This document shows positions 38,600 to 50,428 of a stretch of 64,000 nucleotides of DNA, piece by piece (position 1 is the first letter of the stretch; every line of letters starts with the position of its first letter). Under the pieces are notes generated by a model, which made no database searches, was not told where the DNA came from, and was given only the letters and a program-made list of their open reading frames with translations. Location of the stretch: positions 1,799 through 65,798 of the forward strand of contig CAVVFC010000004.1 of assembly GCA_963747465.1 (NCBI GenBank). Reading direction: 5' to 3'. This DNA comes from an uncultured Alphaproteobacteria bacterium (lineage in GTDB: Bacteria > Pseudomonadota > Alphaproteobacteria > Rhizobiales > Rhizobiaceae). Position numbers and translations under genes: made by a program.

Positions 38600-40384
38600 A
38601 TGCCGACATACCGCGCTCCCGTGAGGGACACGCTGTTCGTTCTCAACGAAGTGCTGGGCTACGAGCGCTACTCCAACCTTCCCGGCTTCTCCGATGCGAC
38701 GCCGGATGTCCTCGAGGCGATCCTGGCCGAAGGTGCCAAGCTCGCCGAGAACGTCATGCAGCCGCTGAACCGGGTGGGAGACGAGGAGGGGTGCGTCCGG
38801 CACGACGACGGCTCGGTGACCACGCCGAAGGGCTTCAAGGAGGCCTACGACCAGTATCGCGCGGGCGGCTGGCTCGCGCTCCCGGTTCCGCCCGAATATG
38901 GCGGGCAGGGGCTGCCCTATACGGTACATTCCGCCGTCGGTGAATACATGTCGTCGGCCAACATGGCGCTCATGATGTACCCGGGCCTGACCCAGGGCGC
39001 CATCGCGGCGATCCTGGCACATGGCACCGAGGAGCAGAAGCAGACCTACGTGCCGAAGATGGCCGAAGGTGTGTGGACCGGTACCATGAACCTGACCGAG
39101 CCGCATTGCGGCACGGATCTCGGCCTCCTGCGCACGAAGGCGGTTCCGCCAGGCGACGGCAGCTACAAGATTTCCGGCCAGAAGATATTCATCTCGGCCG
39201 GCGAGCACGACATGTCGGAAAACATCATCCATCTGGTGCTCGCCCGCATCGAGGGCGCGCCGGAAGGCGTGAAGGGCATCTCGCTGTTCATCGTGCCCAA
39301 ATTCGATCCGGATTCGGGAGAGCGCAACGGCGTCTCCTGCGGCTCCATCGAAGAGAAGATGGGCATCCACGGCAATTCGACCTGCGTCATGAACTACGAC
39401 GAGGCGACGGGTTACCTGATCGGGCAGGAGAACGGCGGCCTCAAGGCCATGTTCGTGATGATGAATGAGGCGCGTCTCGGCGTCGGCCTGCAGGGACTCT
39501 CTGTGTCGGAAGTCGCCTACCAGAACGCCGCCGACTACGCCCGCGATCGTCTCCAGGGCCGCTCGCTGACTGGCGCGAAGGAAAAGGACAAGAAGGCCGA
39601 TCCGATCATCGTCCACCCCGACATCCGCCGCAAGCTGATGACGATGAGGGCCTTCAACGAGGCCGGGCGCGCGCTGATCCTGTGGACCGCCATCAAGTCG
39701 GACGTCGCGCATCGTTCAGGCGACGACAAGGAGCGCGAGGCTGCCGACGATCTGCTTGGCCTGATGACCCCGATCATCAAGGGCGTGCTGACCGACAAGG
39801 GCTTCGAGCACGCGGTGATGGCGCAGCAGGTCTATGGCGGCCACGGCTACATCGAGGAGTGGGGCATGAGCCAGTTCGTGCGCGATGCCCGCATCGCCAT
39901 GATCTACGAGGGCGCCAACGGCATCCAGGCACTCGATCTCGTCGGCCGCAAGCTGGCGCTGAACGGCGGTCGCGCGGTGCAGGCCTTCTTCAAGGAGGTC
40001 GGCGACTTCTGCGAGGAGAACCGCTCCGACGAGAAGATGTCCGGCTACACCAAGGGTCTGAAGAAGGGTCTCAACGATCTCCAGGCAGCGACCATGTGGC
40101 TGATGCAGAACGGCATGAAGAACCCGGACAACGCGGGCGCGGCCTCGACCGACTACATGCACATGTTCGGACTGGTCGCGCTGGGCTACATGTGGGCGCA
40201 GATGGCGAAGTCGGCGCAGACGAAGCTCGCCGAGGGCGCCAACGGCGAGGGCTCCTTCTACGAGACCAAGCTGGTGACGGCGAAGTTCTACATGGAGCGG
40301 GTGATGCCGGAGACAGGGGCGCATCTCGCCCGCATCTCCGCAGGTTCGGAGACGATGATGGCGCTGCCCGCGGAAGCTTTCTGA
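38600..40384 (+). CDS. Acyl-CoA dehydrogenase (long, C-terminal-domain type)
   Basis: [36 protein letters not shown] and [13 protein letters not shown] motifs. Confidence 0.93.
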   Translation: MPTYRAPVRDTLFVLNEVLGYERYSNLPGFSDATPDVLEAILAEGAKLAENVMQPLNRVGDEEGCVRHDDGSVTTPKGFKEAYDQYRAGGWLALPVPPEYGGQGLPYTVHSAVGEYMSSANMALMMYPGLTQGAIAAILAHGTEEQKQTYVPKMAEGVWTGTMNLTEPHCGTDLGLLRTKAVPPGDGSYKISGQKIFISAGEHDMSENIIHLVLARIEGAPEGVKGISLFIVPKFDPDSGERNGVSCGSIEEKMGIHGNSTCVMNYDEATGYLIGQENGGLKAMFVMMNEARLGVGLQGLSVSEVAYQNAADYARDRLQGRSLTGAKEKDKKADPIIVHPDIRRKLMTMRAFNEAGRALILWTAIKSDVAHRSGDDKEREAADDLLGLMTPIIKGVLTDKGFEHAVMAQQVYGGHGYIEEWGMSQFVRDARIAMIYEGANGIQALDLVGRKLALNGGRAVQAFFKEVGDFCEENRSDEKMSGYTKGLKKGLNDLQAATMWLMQNGMKNPDNAGAASTDYMHMFGLVALGYMWAQMAKSAQTKLAEGANGEGSFYETKLVTAKFYMERVMPETGAHLARISAGSETMMALPAEAF

Positions 40385-40459
40385 CCGGTCGGGGCGTCGC
40401 CCCGTCTGTTCATGTTTGAACTTTATTGCTATAGCGACCGACATTCGAAGGAGCTGTTC

Positions 40460-41632
40460 ATGTCGCACGATCCCGCATCCGTCCTGGGCCTGCCGAAGGC
40501 GCCGTGGGCCGGCGAGGACGTCGGCATGCTCTACGACATGGCGCGCAGGTTCCTCGAAACCGAGATCGAGCCGCGCTACGCGGAATTCGAGAAGGCCGAG
40601 ATCTTCGACCGCGAGAGCTGGAGGAAGGCGGGCGAGAACGGCCTGCTCTGCGCCTCCATGCCGGAGGAATACGGCGGCTCGGGCGGCACCTATGCGCACG
40701 AGAGCGCAATCATCGAGGCGATCAGCCATGTCGGCGTCGACGGCTTCGGGATCGCGCTGCACAACTCGATCGTGGCACCCTATATCCTGCACTACGGCTC
40801 GGAAGAGCAGAAGAAGAAGTGGCTGCCGAAAATGGCGTCCGGCGAATTGATCGGCGCCATCGCCATGACCGAGCCGGGCGCGGGCTCGGACCTGCAAGGG
40901 GTGAAGACCCGGGCGGAGAAGGACGGCAACCACTACAAGATCAACGGCTCCAAGACCTTCATCACAAACGGTCAGCTCGCCAATCTGATTGTCGTGGTCG
41001 CCAAGACCGATCCGGAAAAGGGCGCCAAGGGCACGTCGCTGATCGTGATCGAGACCGACGAGGTGGAGGGTTTCGAGCGCGGCCGCAATCTCGACAAGGT
41101 GGGGCTGAAGTCGAACGACACGTCGGAACTCTTCTTCAACGACGTGCGCGTGCCGACGTCGAACCTGCTCGGCACAGAAGAAGGGCAGGGCTTTGTGCAG
41201 CTCATGCAGCAGCTTCCGCAGGAGCGGCTCCAGATCGGCGGCACGGCGATCGCCGCGATCGAGAAGGCGCTGGCGCTGACGATCGACTATGTCAAGGAGC
41301 GGAAGGCCTTCGGCAAGGCCGTGATGGAATTCCAGAACACCCAGTTCAAGCTCGCCGAACTGAAGACCGAGGCGACGGTCGGTCGCGTCTTCTACAACGA
41401 CTGCGTGACGCGCCACATCGACGGCGGCCTCGACCCCGTCACCGCCTCGATGGCCAAGTACTGGCTGTCGGACTTGCAGGGGAAGATCATGGACGAGTGC
41501 CTGCAACTGCATGGCGGCTACGGCTACATGAACGAGTATCCGATCGCCCGCATGTGGCGGGACGCGCGCGTGCAGCGCATCTACGGTGGCACGAACGAGA
41601 TCATGAAGCTCCTGATCGCCCGGAGCCTCTGA
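40460..41632 (+). CDS. Acyl-CoA dehydrogenase (long-chain-specific-like)
   Basis: AIAMTEPGAGSDLQG, NGSKTFITNG, QLHGGYGYM and IYGGTNEIMK motifs. Confidence 0.93.
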   Translation: MSHDPASVLGLPKAPWAGEDVGMLYDMARRFLETEIEPRYAEFEKAEIFDRESWRKAGENGLLCASMPEEYGGSGGTYAHESAIIEAISHVGVDGFGIALHNSIVAPYILHYGSEEQKKKWLPKMASGELIGAIAMTEPGAGSDLQGVKTRAEKDGNHYKINGSKTFITNGQLANLIVVVAKTDPEKGAKGTSLIVIETDEVEGFERGRNLDKVGLKSNDTSELFFNDVRVPTSNLLGTEEGQGFVQLMQQLPQERLQIGGTAIAAIEKALALTIDYVKERKAFGKAVMEFQNTQFKLAELKTEATVGRVFYNDCVTRHIDGGLDPVTASMAKYWLSDLQGKIMDECLQLHGGYGYMNEYPIARMWRDARVQRIYGGTNEIMKLLIARSL

Positions 41633-41642
41633 GGAGACAGGC

Positions 41643-42098
41643 ATGTCCACGCACACCGCCGACATACGCTGGCAACAGGACGAGGACGACCATTTCACCC
41701 TCGGGCGCTACACGCGCGTGCACGAGATCGCCTTTGACGGCGGCACGACGATCCAGGCCTCGGGCGCGCCGCAGAACGTGCCGGCGCAGTTCTCGTCGGA
41801 GACCTCCGTCGATCCCGAGGAATTGTTCGTCGCCTCCTTGGCATCCTGCCACATGCTGTGGTTTCTGGATTTCGCCCGCCGGGCGGGCCACGACGTCCGA
41901 TCCTACCGCGACCAGGCGGTGGGCGAGTTGGGAAAGAACGCGCAGGCGCGCATCGCCATGCTGAAGGTGACGCTGCGCCCGCAGGTCGAGTGCGACGCCG
42001 ATCCGGCCGCGCTCGCCGAATTGCACCACAAGGCGCACGACGCCTGTTTCATAGCGAATTCGGTGAGCACCGAAGTGCTCGTCGAACCGCAAAGCTAG
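41643..42098 (+). CDS. OsmC/Ohr family protein
   Basis: DPEELFVASLASCHMLWFL and AHDACFIANSV two-Cys motifs. Confidence 0.9.
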   Translation: MSTHTADIRWQQDEDDHFTLGRYTRVHEIAFDGGTTIQASGAPQNVPAQFSSETSVDPEELFVASLASCHMLWFLDFARRAGHDVRSYRDQAVGELGKNAQARIAMLKVTLRPQVECDADPAALAELHHKAHDACFIANSVSTEVLVEPQS

Positions 42099-42116
42099 AA
42101 CGAAGGAGACGCCACC

Positions 42117-43325
42117 ATGGCCGATGCATATGTCTACGACGCCGTTCGCACGCCGCGCGGCCGCGGCAAGAAGGACGGATCGCTGCACGAGGTGCCGGCC
42201 GTCCGGCTCGCGGCGAAGGCGCTGGAAGCGGTGCGCGACCGAAACGGGCTCGACACGTCCACGGTGGATGACATCGTCTTCGGCTGCGTCGATCCGGTCG
42301 GCGAGGCCGGTTCGGTGATCCCGCGCGCGGCGGCTTTCGAGGCGCGTTACGCGACCGAGGCTCCGGGCATCCAGCTGTCGCGCTTCTGTGCATCGGGCCT
42401 CGACGCCATCAACCTCGGTGCCGCCAAAATCGCGGCCGGCTCGGACGACATCGTCATCGCGGGCGGCGTGGAATCCATGTCGCGCGTCGGCATGGGCATG
42501 TCTGGCGGCGCCTGGTTCATGGATCCCTCGGTCGGGCTGCCGTCCTATTTTGTGCCGCAGGGCGTCTCGGCCGACCTGATCGCAACGAAGTACGGCTTCT
42601 CGCGCGACGACGTCGACGCGTACGCGGTGGAAAGCCAAAAGCGCGCCGCGAACGCCTGGGAGAAGGGCTGGTTCAAGAACTCGGTCATCGAAATCAAGGA
42701 CCAGAACGGCCTCAAGATCCTCGACCATGACGAGCACATGCGCCCGTCCACCGACATGCAGTCGCTGGCCTCGCTCAACCCGTCCTTCGTGATGCCGGGC
42801 GAGATGGGCGGTTTCGATGCCGTCGCCGTCCAGCGCTATCCGGAAGTCGAGGCGGTCAAGCACGTCCACCATGCCGGCAATTCCTCCGGCATCGTCGATG
42901 GCGCGGCGGCCGTGCTGCTCGGCTCCAAGAAGGGCGGCAAGGCGATGGGCCTGACGCCGCGCGCGCGCATCCGCGCCTTCACCAACATCGGCTCGGAACC
43001 GGCCATCATGCTGACCGGTCCGGTCGACGTGACCGAGAAGCTCCTGAAGAGGGCCAAGATGAAGATCGAGGACATCGACCTCTTCGAGCTCAACGAGGCG
43101 TTCGCCTCGGTCGTGCTGCGCTACATGCAGGCCTTCGACATCGACCACGACAAGATGAACGTCAACGGCGGCGCGATCGCGATGGGCCATCCGCTCGGGG
43201 CCACCGGCGCGATGATCTTCGGCACGGTGCTCGACGAACTCGAGCGGCGCGATCTGAACACCGCGCTCGTGACGCTGTGCATCGGCGCCGGCATGGGCAC
43301 CGCCACGATCATCGAGCGGGTCTGA
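42117..43325 (+). CDS. fadA: Acetyl-CoA C-acyltransferase (thiolase)
   Basis: [29 protein letters not shown] and LCIGAGMG motifs. Confidence 0.93.
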   Translation: MADAYVYDAVRTPRGRGKKDGSLHEVPAVRLAAKALEAVRDRNGLDTSTVDDIVFGCVDPVGEAGSVIPRAAAFEARYATEAPGIQLSRFCASGLDAINLGAAKIAAGSDDIVIAGGVESMSRVGMGMSGGAWFMDPSVGLPSYFVPQGVSADLIATKYGFSRDDVDAYAVESQKRAANAWEKGWFKNSVIEIKDQNGLKILDHDEHMRPSTDMQSLASLNPSFVMPGEMGGFDAVAVQRYPEVEAVKHVHHAGNSSGIVDGAAAVLLGSKKGGKAMGLTPRARIRAFTNIGSEPAIMLTGPVDVTEKLLKRAKMKIEDIDLFELNEAFASVVLRYMQAFDIDHDKMNVNGGAIAMGHPLGATGAMIFGTVLDELERRDLNTALVTLCIGAGMGTATIIERV

Positions 43326-43350
43326 CGCCCGACAGTCTGCCTGCCGGCAT

Positions 43351-43374
43351 CCTCTCCCCGTCGGTGGGGAGAGG
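43351..43374. repeat. REP-like palindrome (CCTCTCCCC...GGGGAGAGG)
   Basis: 9-bp stem in the fadA-fadJ intergenic region; same style as the hairpin at 45689-45713. Confidence 0.6.
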
Positions 43375-43433
43375 GCTCAGTTTCATCGTCGCGCTCGCCC
43401 GCTGACGCAATTTTTTCAGGAGGGACTTCTCCA

Positions 43434-45650
43434 ATGGCCAAATACAACAACTTCAAGGTCGAAACAGACGCGGACGGCATCGCCCTCGTCATCTGGGACA
43501 TGCCCGGCAAGTCGATGAACGTCTTCACCGAGGAGGTGATGGACGAACTCGACAAGATCATCGACCAGGTCGCCTCCGATGACGCGATCAAGGGCGCGGT
43601 CGTCACCTCGGGCAAGGAGAGTTTTTCCGGCGGCGCCGACCTCACCATGCTCCAGCGCATGCTGAAGCTCTTCAAGGACGAGAAGGCCAAGGATCCCGAA
43701 GCCGCAATCAAGATGCTGTTCGAGGGTGCGGGCCGCATGAGCTGGCTGTTCCGCAAGCTCGAGACCTGCGGCAAGCCCTGGGTTTCGGCGATCAATGGCA
43801 CCTGCATGGGCGGCGCGTTCGAACTCTCGCTGTCGTGCCACGCGCGCGTCGCGGCGGACAGCGACAAGGTGAAGATGGGCCTGCCGGAAGTGAAGGTCGG
43901 CCTGTTTCCCGGTGCCGGCGGTACGCAGCGCGTGCCGCGCCTGACCGATAAGCAGGGAGCGCTGCAGATGCTGACTTCCGGCCAGTCGCTGTCGCCGAAG
44001 AAGGCGAAGCAGATGGGCCTGATCACCGAGATCGCCGCCCCCGATGCGCTGGTCGACACCGCCAAGGGCCTGATCAGGAACGGGCTTAAGGCCGTCGCGC
44101 CGTGGGACGTGAAGGGCTTCAAGCTGCCCGGGGGTCCGGTCTACTCGGCCGCGGGTGCCAACCTCTTCCCGCCGGCCATTGCCATCCTGCGCCGCGAAAC
44201 CTACGGCAATTATCCGGCAGCGTCCGCCATCCTGAAGTGTGTCTACGAGGGCCTTCTGGTGCCGTTCGACACCGCGCTCAGGATCGAGCAGCGCTACTTC
44301 ACCGAAATCATGCAGACGACGGAAGCGGCGATGATGATCCGCTCGCTGTTCATCTCGCTGCAGGAACTGAACAAGGGCGCGCGCCGCCCGGAGGGCGTTC
44401 CAGAGACGAAGTTCAAGAAGATCGGCGTGCTCGGAGCAGGCTTCATGGGCGCAGGCATCGCCTACGTCACCGCCAAGGCCGGCATCCCGGTCGTGCTGCT
44501 CGACCGCGACATGGCCTCGGCCGAGAAGGGCAAGGCGCATTCGGAAGGACTGGTGGACGCGGCGATGAAGAAGGGCCGCGCCACGGCGGAGGAGAAGGAA
44601 AAGCTCCTGTCGCTGATCACGCCAACGGTCGATTATTCCGATCTCGACGGCTGCGACCTCGTGATCGAGGCGGTGTTCGAGGATTCGGAGGTCAAGAAGA
44701 GCGCTACCGAACAGACGGAAGCCGTGATCGCCAAGGACGCGATCTTCGCCTCCAACACCTCGACCATCCCGATTACCGGGCTGGCGAAGAACTCCAAGCG
44801 GCCGAAGAACTTCGTCGGCATCCACTTCTTCTCGCCGGTCGACCGCATGATGCTGGTCGAGATCATCCTGGGCAAGAAGACGGGTGACGAGGCGCTCGCG
44901 GTGGCGATCGACTACGTGCGTGCGATCAGGAAGACGCCGATCGTGGTCAACGACACGCGCGGTTTCTACGTCAACCGCTGTGTCCTGCGCTACATGGCCG
45001 AAGCCTTCCAGATGCTGATCGAGGGCGTGCCGCCTGCGATGATCGAAAACACGGCGAAAATGGCCGGCATGCCGGTCGGCCCGCTGGCGCTGACGGACGA
45101 GACGGCGATCGACCTTGCCCAGAAGATCATGAAGCAGACGATCCGCGACCTCGGCGAGAAGGCAGTCGATCCCGAGCAGTTCAAGCTGATCAACACGATG
45201 GTCGACAAGCATGGCCGCCACGGCCGCAAGAACGGCAAGGGCTTCTACGACTATCCGGCAAAGCCCGCCAAGAAGCACCTGTGGCCCGAACTCAAGGACC
45301 TCTATCCGCAGCAGGACCCCGACAGGATCGACGTCGAGGAACTGAAGCAGCGCTTCCTCGTGACGATCGCGCTGGAAGCGGCGCGCGTGATGGAGGAGGG
45401 GATCGTGACCGATCCGCGCGAGGCGGATGTCGGCTCCATCCTGGCCTTCGGGTTTGCGCCCTACACCGGCGGCGCGCTGTCCTACATCGAGGGCATGGGC
45501 ATGAAGGAGTTCGTGGCGCTCGCCAAGAAGCTCCAGAAGAAGTACGGGGCGCAGTTCAAGGCGCCGAAGCTGCTCGTCGAGATGGCCGAGAAGGGCCAGA
45601 CCTTCTACGGCCGTTTCGATCCGTACAAGGACCAGAAGAAGGCGGCGTAA
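43434..45650 (+). CDS. fadJ: Fatty-acid oxidation multifunctional enzyme (enoyl-CoA hydratase/3-hydroxyacyl-CoA dehydrogenase)
   Basis: Crotonase [18 protein letters not shown], Rossmann [19 protein letters not shown] and HFFSPV motifs. Confidence 0.93.
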   Translation: MAKYNNFKVETDADGIALVIWDMPGKSMNVFTEEVMDELDKIIDQVASDDAIKGAVVTSGKESFSGGADLTMLQRMLKLFKDEKAKDPEAAIKMLFEGAGRMSWLFRKLETCGKPWVSAINGTCMGGAFELSLSCHARVAADSDKVKMGLPEVKVGLFPGAGGTQRVPRLTDKQGALQMLTSGQSLSPKKAKQMGLITEIAAPDALVDTAKGLIRNGLKAVAPWDVKGFKLPGGPVYSAAGANLFPPAIAILRRETYGNYPAASAILKCVYEGLLVPFDTALRIEQRYFTEIMQTTEAAMMIRSLFISLQELNKGARRPEGVPETKFKKIGVLGAGFMGAGIAYVTAKAGIPVVLLDRDMASAEKGKAHSEGLVDAAMKKGRATAEEKEKLLSLITPTVDYSDLDGCDLVIEAVFEDSEVKKSATEQTEAVIAKDAIFASNTSTIPITGLAKNSKRPKNFVGIHFFSPVDRMMLVEIILGKKTGDEALAVAIDYVRAIRKTPIVVNDTRGFYVNRCVLRYMAEAFQMLIEGVPPAMIENTAKMAGMPVGPLALTDETAIDLAQKIMKQTIRDLGEKAVDPEQFKLINTMVDKHGRHGRKNGKGFYDYPAKPAKKHLWPELKDLYPQQDPDRIDVEELKQRFLVTIALEAARVMEEGIVTDPREADVGSILAFGFAPYTGGALSYIEGMGMKEFVALAKKLQKKYGAQFKAPKLLVEMAEKGQTFYGRFDPYKDQKKAA

Positions 45651-45688
45651 GGCCGAAACGGCCGGCCTCCTGGCGAAGGTGGTGACGA

Positions 45689-45713
45689 CCCCCTTCCCCT
45701 TGAGGGGAGGGGG
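45689..45713. repeat. REP-like palindrome/hairpin
   Basis: CCCCCTTCCCCT-TG-AGGGGAGGGGG after the fadJ stop. Confidence 0.55.
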
Positions 45714-45752
45714 CTCCGGCGTCTGCCGCCGCAGAGCAGCAAGGAGCCGATC

Positions 45753-46298
45753 ATGTACGTCTGGGCACGTCTGGCACGCATGGTTCTCTCGGCCCGCTCG
45801 CGCGGCGCCTACCGCATGGGCGAGGAAAGCAGGCTCACCTTCCGCTGCCTGCCGACGGACGTCGATTCCAATCTCCATCTCAACAACGCCCGCTACATGA
45901 TGCTGGCCGACGTCGGCCGCATCGACATCTTCCTGCGAGCGGGGTTGCTCGGGCTTGCCCGCAAGAACAAGTGGGCGCCGATGATGGGAGGGCTGCAGGC
46001 GGTCTATGTCCGCGAGATCAGGCTATGGAAACGATTTGAAGTCGTCTCCACGGTGGAGACCTGGGAGGACACGCAGGTCATCGGCCGCCACCGGTTCGTC
46101 CTGGAGGACGGTCAGACAGCGGCGCTGGTGATGACGACGGCCGGCGTCTACGATTTCCGAAACCGTCGTTTCGTTCCCATCGAAGAGATCGTCGGCGCGC
46201 TCGGCCACACGATGGAGCCACGTCCCCCGAGCGAGGAAGAGCGCATTTTCATGGCCTCGCATGCGGGGTTGAGGAAACTCGCGAAAGTGACCGCCTGA
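45753..46298 (+). CDS. Thioesterase family protein (hotdog fold)
   Basis: PTDVDSNLHLNNARY...DVGR motif. Confidence 0.85.
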   Translation: MYVWARLARMVLSARSRGAYRMGEESRLTFRCLPTDVDSNLHLNNARYMMLADVGRIDIFLRAGLLGLARKNKWAPMMGGLQAVYVREIRLWKRFEVVSTVETWEDTQVIGRHRFVLEDGQTAALVMTTAGVYDFRNRRFVPIEEIVGALGHTMEPRPPSEEERIFMASHAGLRKLAKVTA

Positions 46299-46359
46299 CG
46301 CTTGCGCCCGAAGCCTCACCTCCTAAGGTGCATCCGGCGCCACAAAGGGGAATTGTTCC

Positions 46360-46983
46360 ATGCCGGCCACGATCGACTACTTCCTGACCTGCGTTTCGCC
46401 TTGGACCTACCTCGGTCACGACGTCGCGCGCGAGATCGCGGCGCGGCATGGCGCCACGCTTGCCGTGCGCCCGGTCAACCTCGGTGAGATGTTCAAGGTC
46501 TCCGGCCAGGTGGGCCTCGCCGACCGTCCTGCGGTGCGCCAGCGTTATCGCTTCATCGAACTGCAGCGCTATGCGGAGATGCGCGGCAAGAAGCTGAACC
46601 TCCGGCCGAAGCATTTTCCGACCAACCCGGCTCTCGCCGACCACACGATATGCGCGATCCTGGCGGATGGCGGCAATCCGCTGGACTACATGGAGGGCGT
46701 CTTTGCCGCCGTCTGGGCAGACGAGAAGGACATCGCCCGGGAGGAGACGCTGACGCCGCTGTTAAACGAAGCAGGATTCAATCCCGCCGCGATCATCGAG
46801 CGGGCGAAATCACCGGAGATCGCGGAGATCCGGGCCAAGAACACGCAAGATGCGATCGCAAGCGATGCCACCGGCGTCCCTTCCTTCGTTCTCAATGGCG
46901 AGCCATTCTGGGGGCAGGACCGGCTCGACATGCTGGACCGGGCTCTGTCCACCGGGCGAGGACCGTTCACGGCGGACGTTTAG
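46360..46983 (+). CDS. 2-hydroxychromene-2-carboxylate isomerase / DsbA-like (GST kappa) protein
   Basis: SPWTYLG, GVPSF and FWGQDRL motifs. Confidence 0.88.
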   Translation: MPATIDYFLTCVSPWTYLGHDVAREIAARHGATLAVRPVNLGEMFKVSGQVGLADRPAVRQRYRFIELQRYAEMRGKKLNLRPKHFPTNPALADHTICAILADGGNPLDYMEGVFAAVWADEKDIAREETLTPLLNEAGFNPAAIIERAKSPEIAEIRAKNTQDAIASDATGVPSFVLNGEPFWGQDRLDMLDRALSTGRGPFTADV

Positions 46984-47066
46984 GCGGCCGGTCGTCTGGA
47001 CAAGGCCGCGGCAGGGCGCTAGAAAACGCCTAAAGGCATTTATTCCTGTGATCCGAGGAGAGCCGC

Positions 47067-47732
47067 ATGCTCTCGCACGAACGCGTCTGGGCCGCGATCG
47101 ACGCCCTTGCCGACCGCTACTCACTGTCCGCGTCGGGACTTGCGAAGCGGGCCGGACTCGATTCGACGGCGTTCAACAAGTCGAAGCGGCTGTCGTCGGA
47201 CGGTCGTCCGCGCTGGCCGTCCACCGAATCGCTGGCAAAGGTCATGGAAGCCACCGGTGCGACGCTCGACGAGTTCATGCAACTGATCGAACCAGCATCG
47301 CCCACGCCCGAAAGCAAGATTCCCGACCGCGCCCTTCCCGTGCAGAGACCGTCCGTGCCGCTGATCGGGTTCGCGCAGGCGGGCGCCGGCGGCTTTTTCG
47401 ACGATGCGGGGTTCCCGGCTGGGCAAGGCTGGGAACTGATCGAGATTCCTGAACGCTCCACTGAAGGGGCTTATGCGCTCGGCGTACAGGGCGATTCGAT
47501 GCTGCCGCTCTATCGCGACGGTGACGTGCTGATCGTGGAGCCTGGCGCGACCATTCGCAAGGGAGACCGCGTCGTCGTCAAGACGACCGCCGGCGAGGTG
47601 ACGGCGAAGGTCCTGGCGAAGCAGACGAGCCGGAGCGTCGAACTCATATCGCTCAATCCCGACCACCCGCGCCGCACGCTGCCGGTCACGGAGGTGGAGT
47701 GGATCGCGCGGATCGTCTGGGCGAGCCAATGA
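47067..47732 (+). CDS. HTH plus peptidase S24 (LexA/CI-like) transcriptional regulator, probable RogA-type
   Basis: N-terminal HTH (SASGLAKRAGLDSTAFNKSKR), Ala-Gly site AQAG, catalytic GDSM (Ser) and TAK (Lys). Confidence 0.85.
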   Translation: MLSHERVWAAIDALADRYSLSASGLAKRAGLDSTAFNKSKRLSSDGRPRWPSTESLAKVMEATGATLDEFMQLIEPASPTPESKIPDRALPVQRPSVPLIGFAQAGAGGFFDDAGFPAGQGWELIEIPERSTEGAYALGVQGDSMLPLYRDGDVLIVEPGATIRKGDRVVVKTTAGEVTAKVLAKQTSRSVELISLNPDHPRRTLPVTEVEWIARIVWASQ

Positions 47733-48547
47733 CGATTTCGGGCCGGTTCTTCCTCGCATTGTTGCTGAACGGCGTTGCGTCGTTCGCCTCGGCCGGGCAG
47801 CAGAGCGTGGACGACCTGGCGACACTGGACGTGGCGCAGGCGTCCGACGGCGCGTCGCGCCGGGTCAGGCAGATCGCACCGGAACTCGTCGCACCTCCCG
47901 AGATCGACAGGGGCGAACTGAGGCGGATGGATCCCAGAGCACCGCTGAGCGACATCGGGCCGGCGGGGCCCGCCCAGCCGAAGCAGGGTGAGGCGGGCGA
48001 TGCGGGCATGATCTTCGGCCCGGTGGCCACGGCGGCGGGGCGCATCGAGACCGCAGGGATGGTGATCGCCATCGCCGGCATCGAGATCGTCGAACCGGAT
48101 CAGACCTGCAAGGGGCGCAACGGAGAGTGGCCCTGCGGAATGCTCGGGCGCACGGCGTTCCGTTCGTTCCTGCGAGGCCGTGCGCTCGATTGCGACATCC
48201 CGGAAGGCGCCAAGCCGGTGCGTCTTGCCGTTTCCTGCCGGCTCGGCACGCAGGACCTTGGGTCGTGGCTTGTGGCAAACGGCTGGGCCAAGGTCTCCAG
48301 CACTGGCCCCTACGCGCAGGAGCAGAACCAGGCGCTCGCCGAGCGGCGCGGCATATTCGGTCCGGGGCCCGAGCAACTCCCCGCAGTGGCCGACGAGGCC
48401 GATCCGGTGGCCGAAGACCTCCCTTCCGTGGCCTCGACCCCTGGCGCGGGGCTCAACGAGCCGGAGATGGTGCCGGCGGACGGAGAGAATTCGCGGTCAC
48501 CCACCGGCATCGAGCCGTTTCTCAGGGAGCCGAAGGGGCTCTACTGA
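47729..48547 (+). CDS. Thermonuclease (SNase-like) family exported protein
   Basis: Signal peptide, QTC..WPCG, C.LGTQDLGSWLVANGWA and AERRGIFG motifs. Confidence 0.72.
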   Translation: MTISGRFFLALLLNGVASFASAGQQSVDDLATLDVAQASDGASRRVRQIAPELVAPPEIDRGELRRMDPRAPLSDIGPAGPAQPKQGEAGDAGMIFGPVATAAGRIETAGMVIAIAGIEIVEPDQTCKGRNGEWPCGMLGRTAFRSFLRGRALDCDIPEGAKPVRLAVSCRLGTQDLGSWLVANGWAKVSSTGPYAQEQNQALAERRGIFGPGPEQLPAVADEADPVAEDLPSVASTPGAGLNEPEMVPADGENSRSPTGIEPFLREPKGLY

Positions 48548-48643
48548 GGCGCATCGTGCTCTATCTTCCGCCATCGGCGCGTGAAGTCCTTGCCTTTGAG
48601 CCCCTCGTCGACCCGGCTGGCTCGCGCGTCAGGGCTACGTGGT

Positions 48644-50296
48644 TCAGGCAGTCTCCGAAGCCAGCCTCTCCTCAATGAGGCCGCAGGTCTCGGCCACGCC
48701 GTAGAGCGCTGCGAACGAACCGAAGCGCGGGCCGCGTTCCTGCCCGAGAAGCACCTGATAGATCATCTGGAAGAACGCCCCGGATACGCCCGGGCCGCCG
48801 CTCGGGCTCTTCCTGGCGTGATCCTGGTAACGCTCGATTCCGCGGGCCACGTCCAGCGCGGCATTCTGGATCGTCTCGCCGTCGGCATCGGCCGGCAGGG
48901 CGGCAAGTTTTTGGGAGAGCGCTGTGAGCGCGGAGGTCTCGACCTCATCGGGCGCACGGAATGTCTTCGCCGGCTTGACGAAATCGTCGAAGTAGCGGAT
49001 CGCGAAGACGACGAGCCGGTCGAGTTCGGGATGCGTCTGCGGCGACACGCCCGGAGCATAGCGCGAGATGAAGCCCCACAGCACGTCGTTGTCGTGTGCA
49101 TTGGAGGCGCTGACGAGGTTGAGCAGGAGGCCGAACGGCACCGGCAGTTCGATCGCCGGCGGCTCGCCGGAATGGATGTGCCAGACCGGATTGCCGAGGC
49201 GTTCCTTCCATTCCTGGCGCAGATAGGCCGCGAGGAACTGGTAGTATTCCTCCACCGCACGCGGGATCACGTCGAAATAGAGCTTCTTGGCCTGCCTCGG
49301 CCTCTGGAACATGTAGAGCGCCAGGCTTTCGGTCGGCGCATAGGTCAGCCACTCGTCGATGGTGAGGCCATTGCCCTTCGACTTGGAGATCTTCTGCCCG
49401 TTCTCGTCGAGGAAGAGTTCGTAGACGAAGTGCTCCGGCGGCTTGCCGCCGAGGATCGCGCAGATGCGGTCGTAAATGACTGCGTTGGTCTGGTGATCCT
49501 TGCCGAACATCTCGAAGTCGACGCCGAGCGCTGCCCACCGCATGCCGAAATCCGGCTTCCACTGCAGCTTCACCGCACCGCCGGTCACGGGAAGCGTCGT
49601 CTCCTCGCCGTCCTCGTCGTCGAAGGTGACGGTGCCGGCGCCGGCATCGACGTTCTTCATGGGAACGTAGAGGACGCGGCCGGTCTTCGGCGAAATCGGC
49701 AGGAAGGGGCTGTAGGTAGCCTGGCGTTCCTCGCCGAGCGTCGGCAGCATCACCTTCATGATGTCGTCGTAGCGTTCGGCGGCGCGCAGCAAAACTTCGT
49801 CGAAGCGGCCGGCCCTGTAGTACTCGGTCGCGCTGGCGAACTCGTAATCGAAACCGAAGGCGTCGAGAAAGCGGCGCAGCATCGCGTTGTTGTGGTGGCC
49901 GAAGCTTTCGAAGTCGCCGCCGAAGGGATTGGGCACGACCGTCAGCGGCTTGTGCAGGTGCGGCTCGAGAAAGGACCGGTCGGGCACGTTGTCGGGGATC
50001 TTGCGCATGCCGTCCATGTCGTCGGAGAAGCACAGGAGCCGCGTCGGCACACGGTCGTCGGTAAGCACGCGGAAGGCATGGCGGACCATGGTCGTGCGCG
50101 CCACCTCGCCGAAGGTACCGATGTGCGGCAGGCCCGACGGGCCGTAGCCGGTCTCGAAGAGTACGGTTTCGGGAAAATCCTTGCCGGCGTAGCGGGCGAT
50201 GATCTTGCGCGCTTCCTCGAAGGGCCACGCCTTGCTTTCGGCCGCCGCCGGAAGGAGGGCGGACGTCAGTTCGGGGCTTGCGGTCGTCTGGTTCAT
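48644..50296 (-). CDS. lysS: Lysine--tRNA ligase (class I)
   Basis: [17 protein letters not shown] (HIGH-like), KISKSKGN (KMSKS) and GPRFGSF motifs. Confidence 0.97.
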   Translation of the reverse strand: MNQTTASPELTSALLPAAAESKAWPFEEARKIIARYAGKDFPETVLFETGYGPSGLPHIGTFGEVARTTMVRHAFRVLTDDRVPTRLLCFSDDMDGMRKIPDNVPDRSFLEPHLHKPLTVVPNPFGGDFESFGHHNNAMLRRFLDAFGFDYEFASATEYYRAGRFDEVLLRAAERYDDIMKVMLPTLGEERQATYSPFLPISPKTGRVLYVPMKNVDAGAGTVTFDDEDGEETTLPVTGGAVKLQWKPDFGMRWAALGVDFEMFGKDHQTNAVIYDRICAILGGKPPEHFVYELFLDENGQKISKSKGNGLTIDEWLTYAPTESLALYMFQRPRQAKKLYFDVIPRAVEEYYQFLAAYLRQEWKERLGNPVWHIHSGEPPAIELPVPFGLLLNLVSASNAHDNDVLWGFISRYAPGVSPQTHPELDRLVVFAIRYFDDFVKPAKTFRAPDEVETSALTALSQKLAALPADADGETIQNAALDVARGIERYQDHARKSPSGGPGVSGAFFQMIYQVLLGQERGPRFGSFAALYGVAETCGLIEERLASETA

Positions 50297-50428
50297 GGCG
50301 CCATTCCGGATTGTGCCCTCGTCTATGCACGGGCAGACGAGGCGTCAATCGCGTCCGGTGTTTTTGCTTGCGGCGCAGGGGCCCGGTTCCTACCTTGCGG
50401 CCAGAATCGAAGTCTTGAGGAGACGATC

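Noticed and set aside
33532-45878. Long antisense ORFs over podJ, the acyl-CoA dehydrogenases, fadA and fadJ
   Set aside because: No motifs or RBS; explained by GC3 bias of the sense genes.
48581-50428. 754-aa plus-strand ORF antisense to lysS
   Set aside because: Shadow ORF typical of high-GC DNA; only its last ~138 codons (TerB-like, own RBS) are credible.
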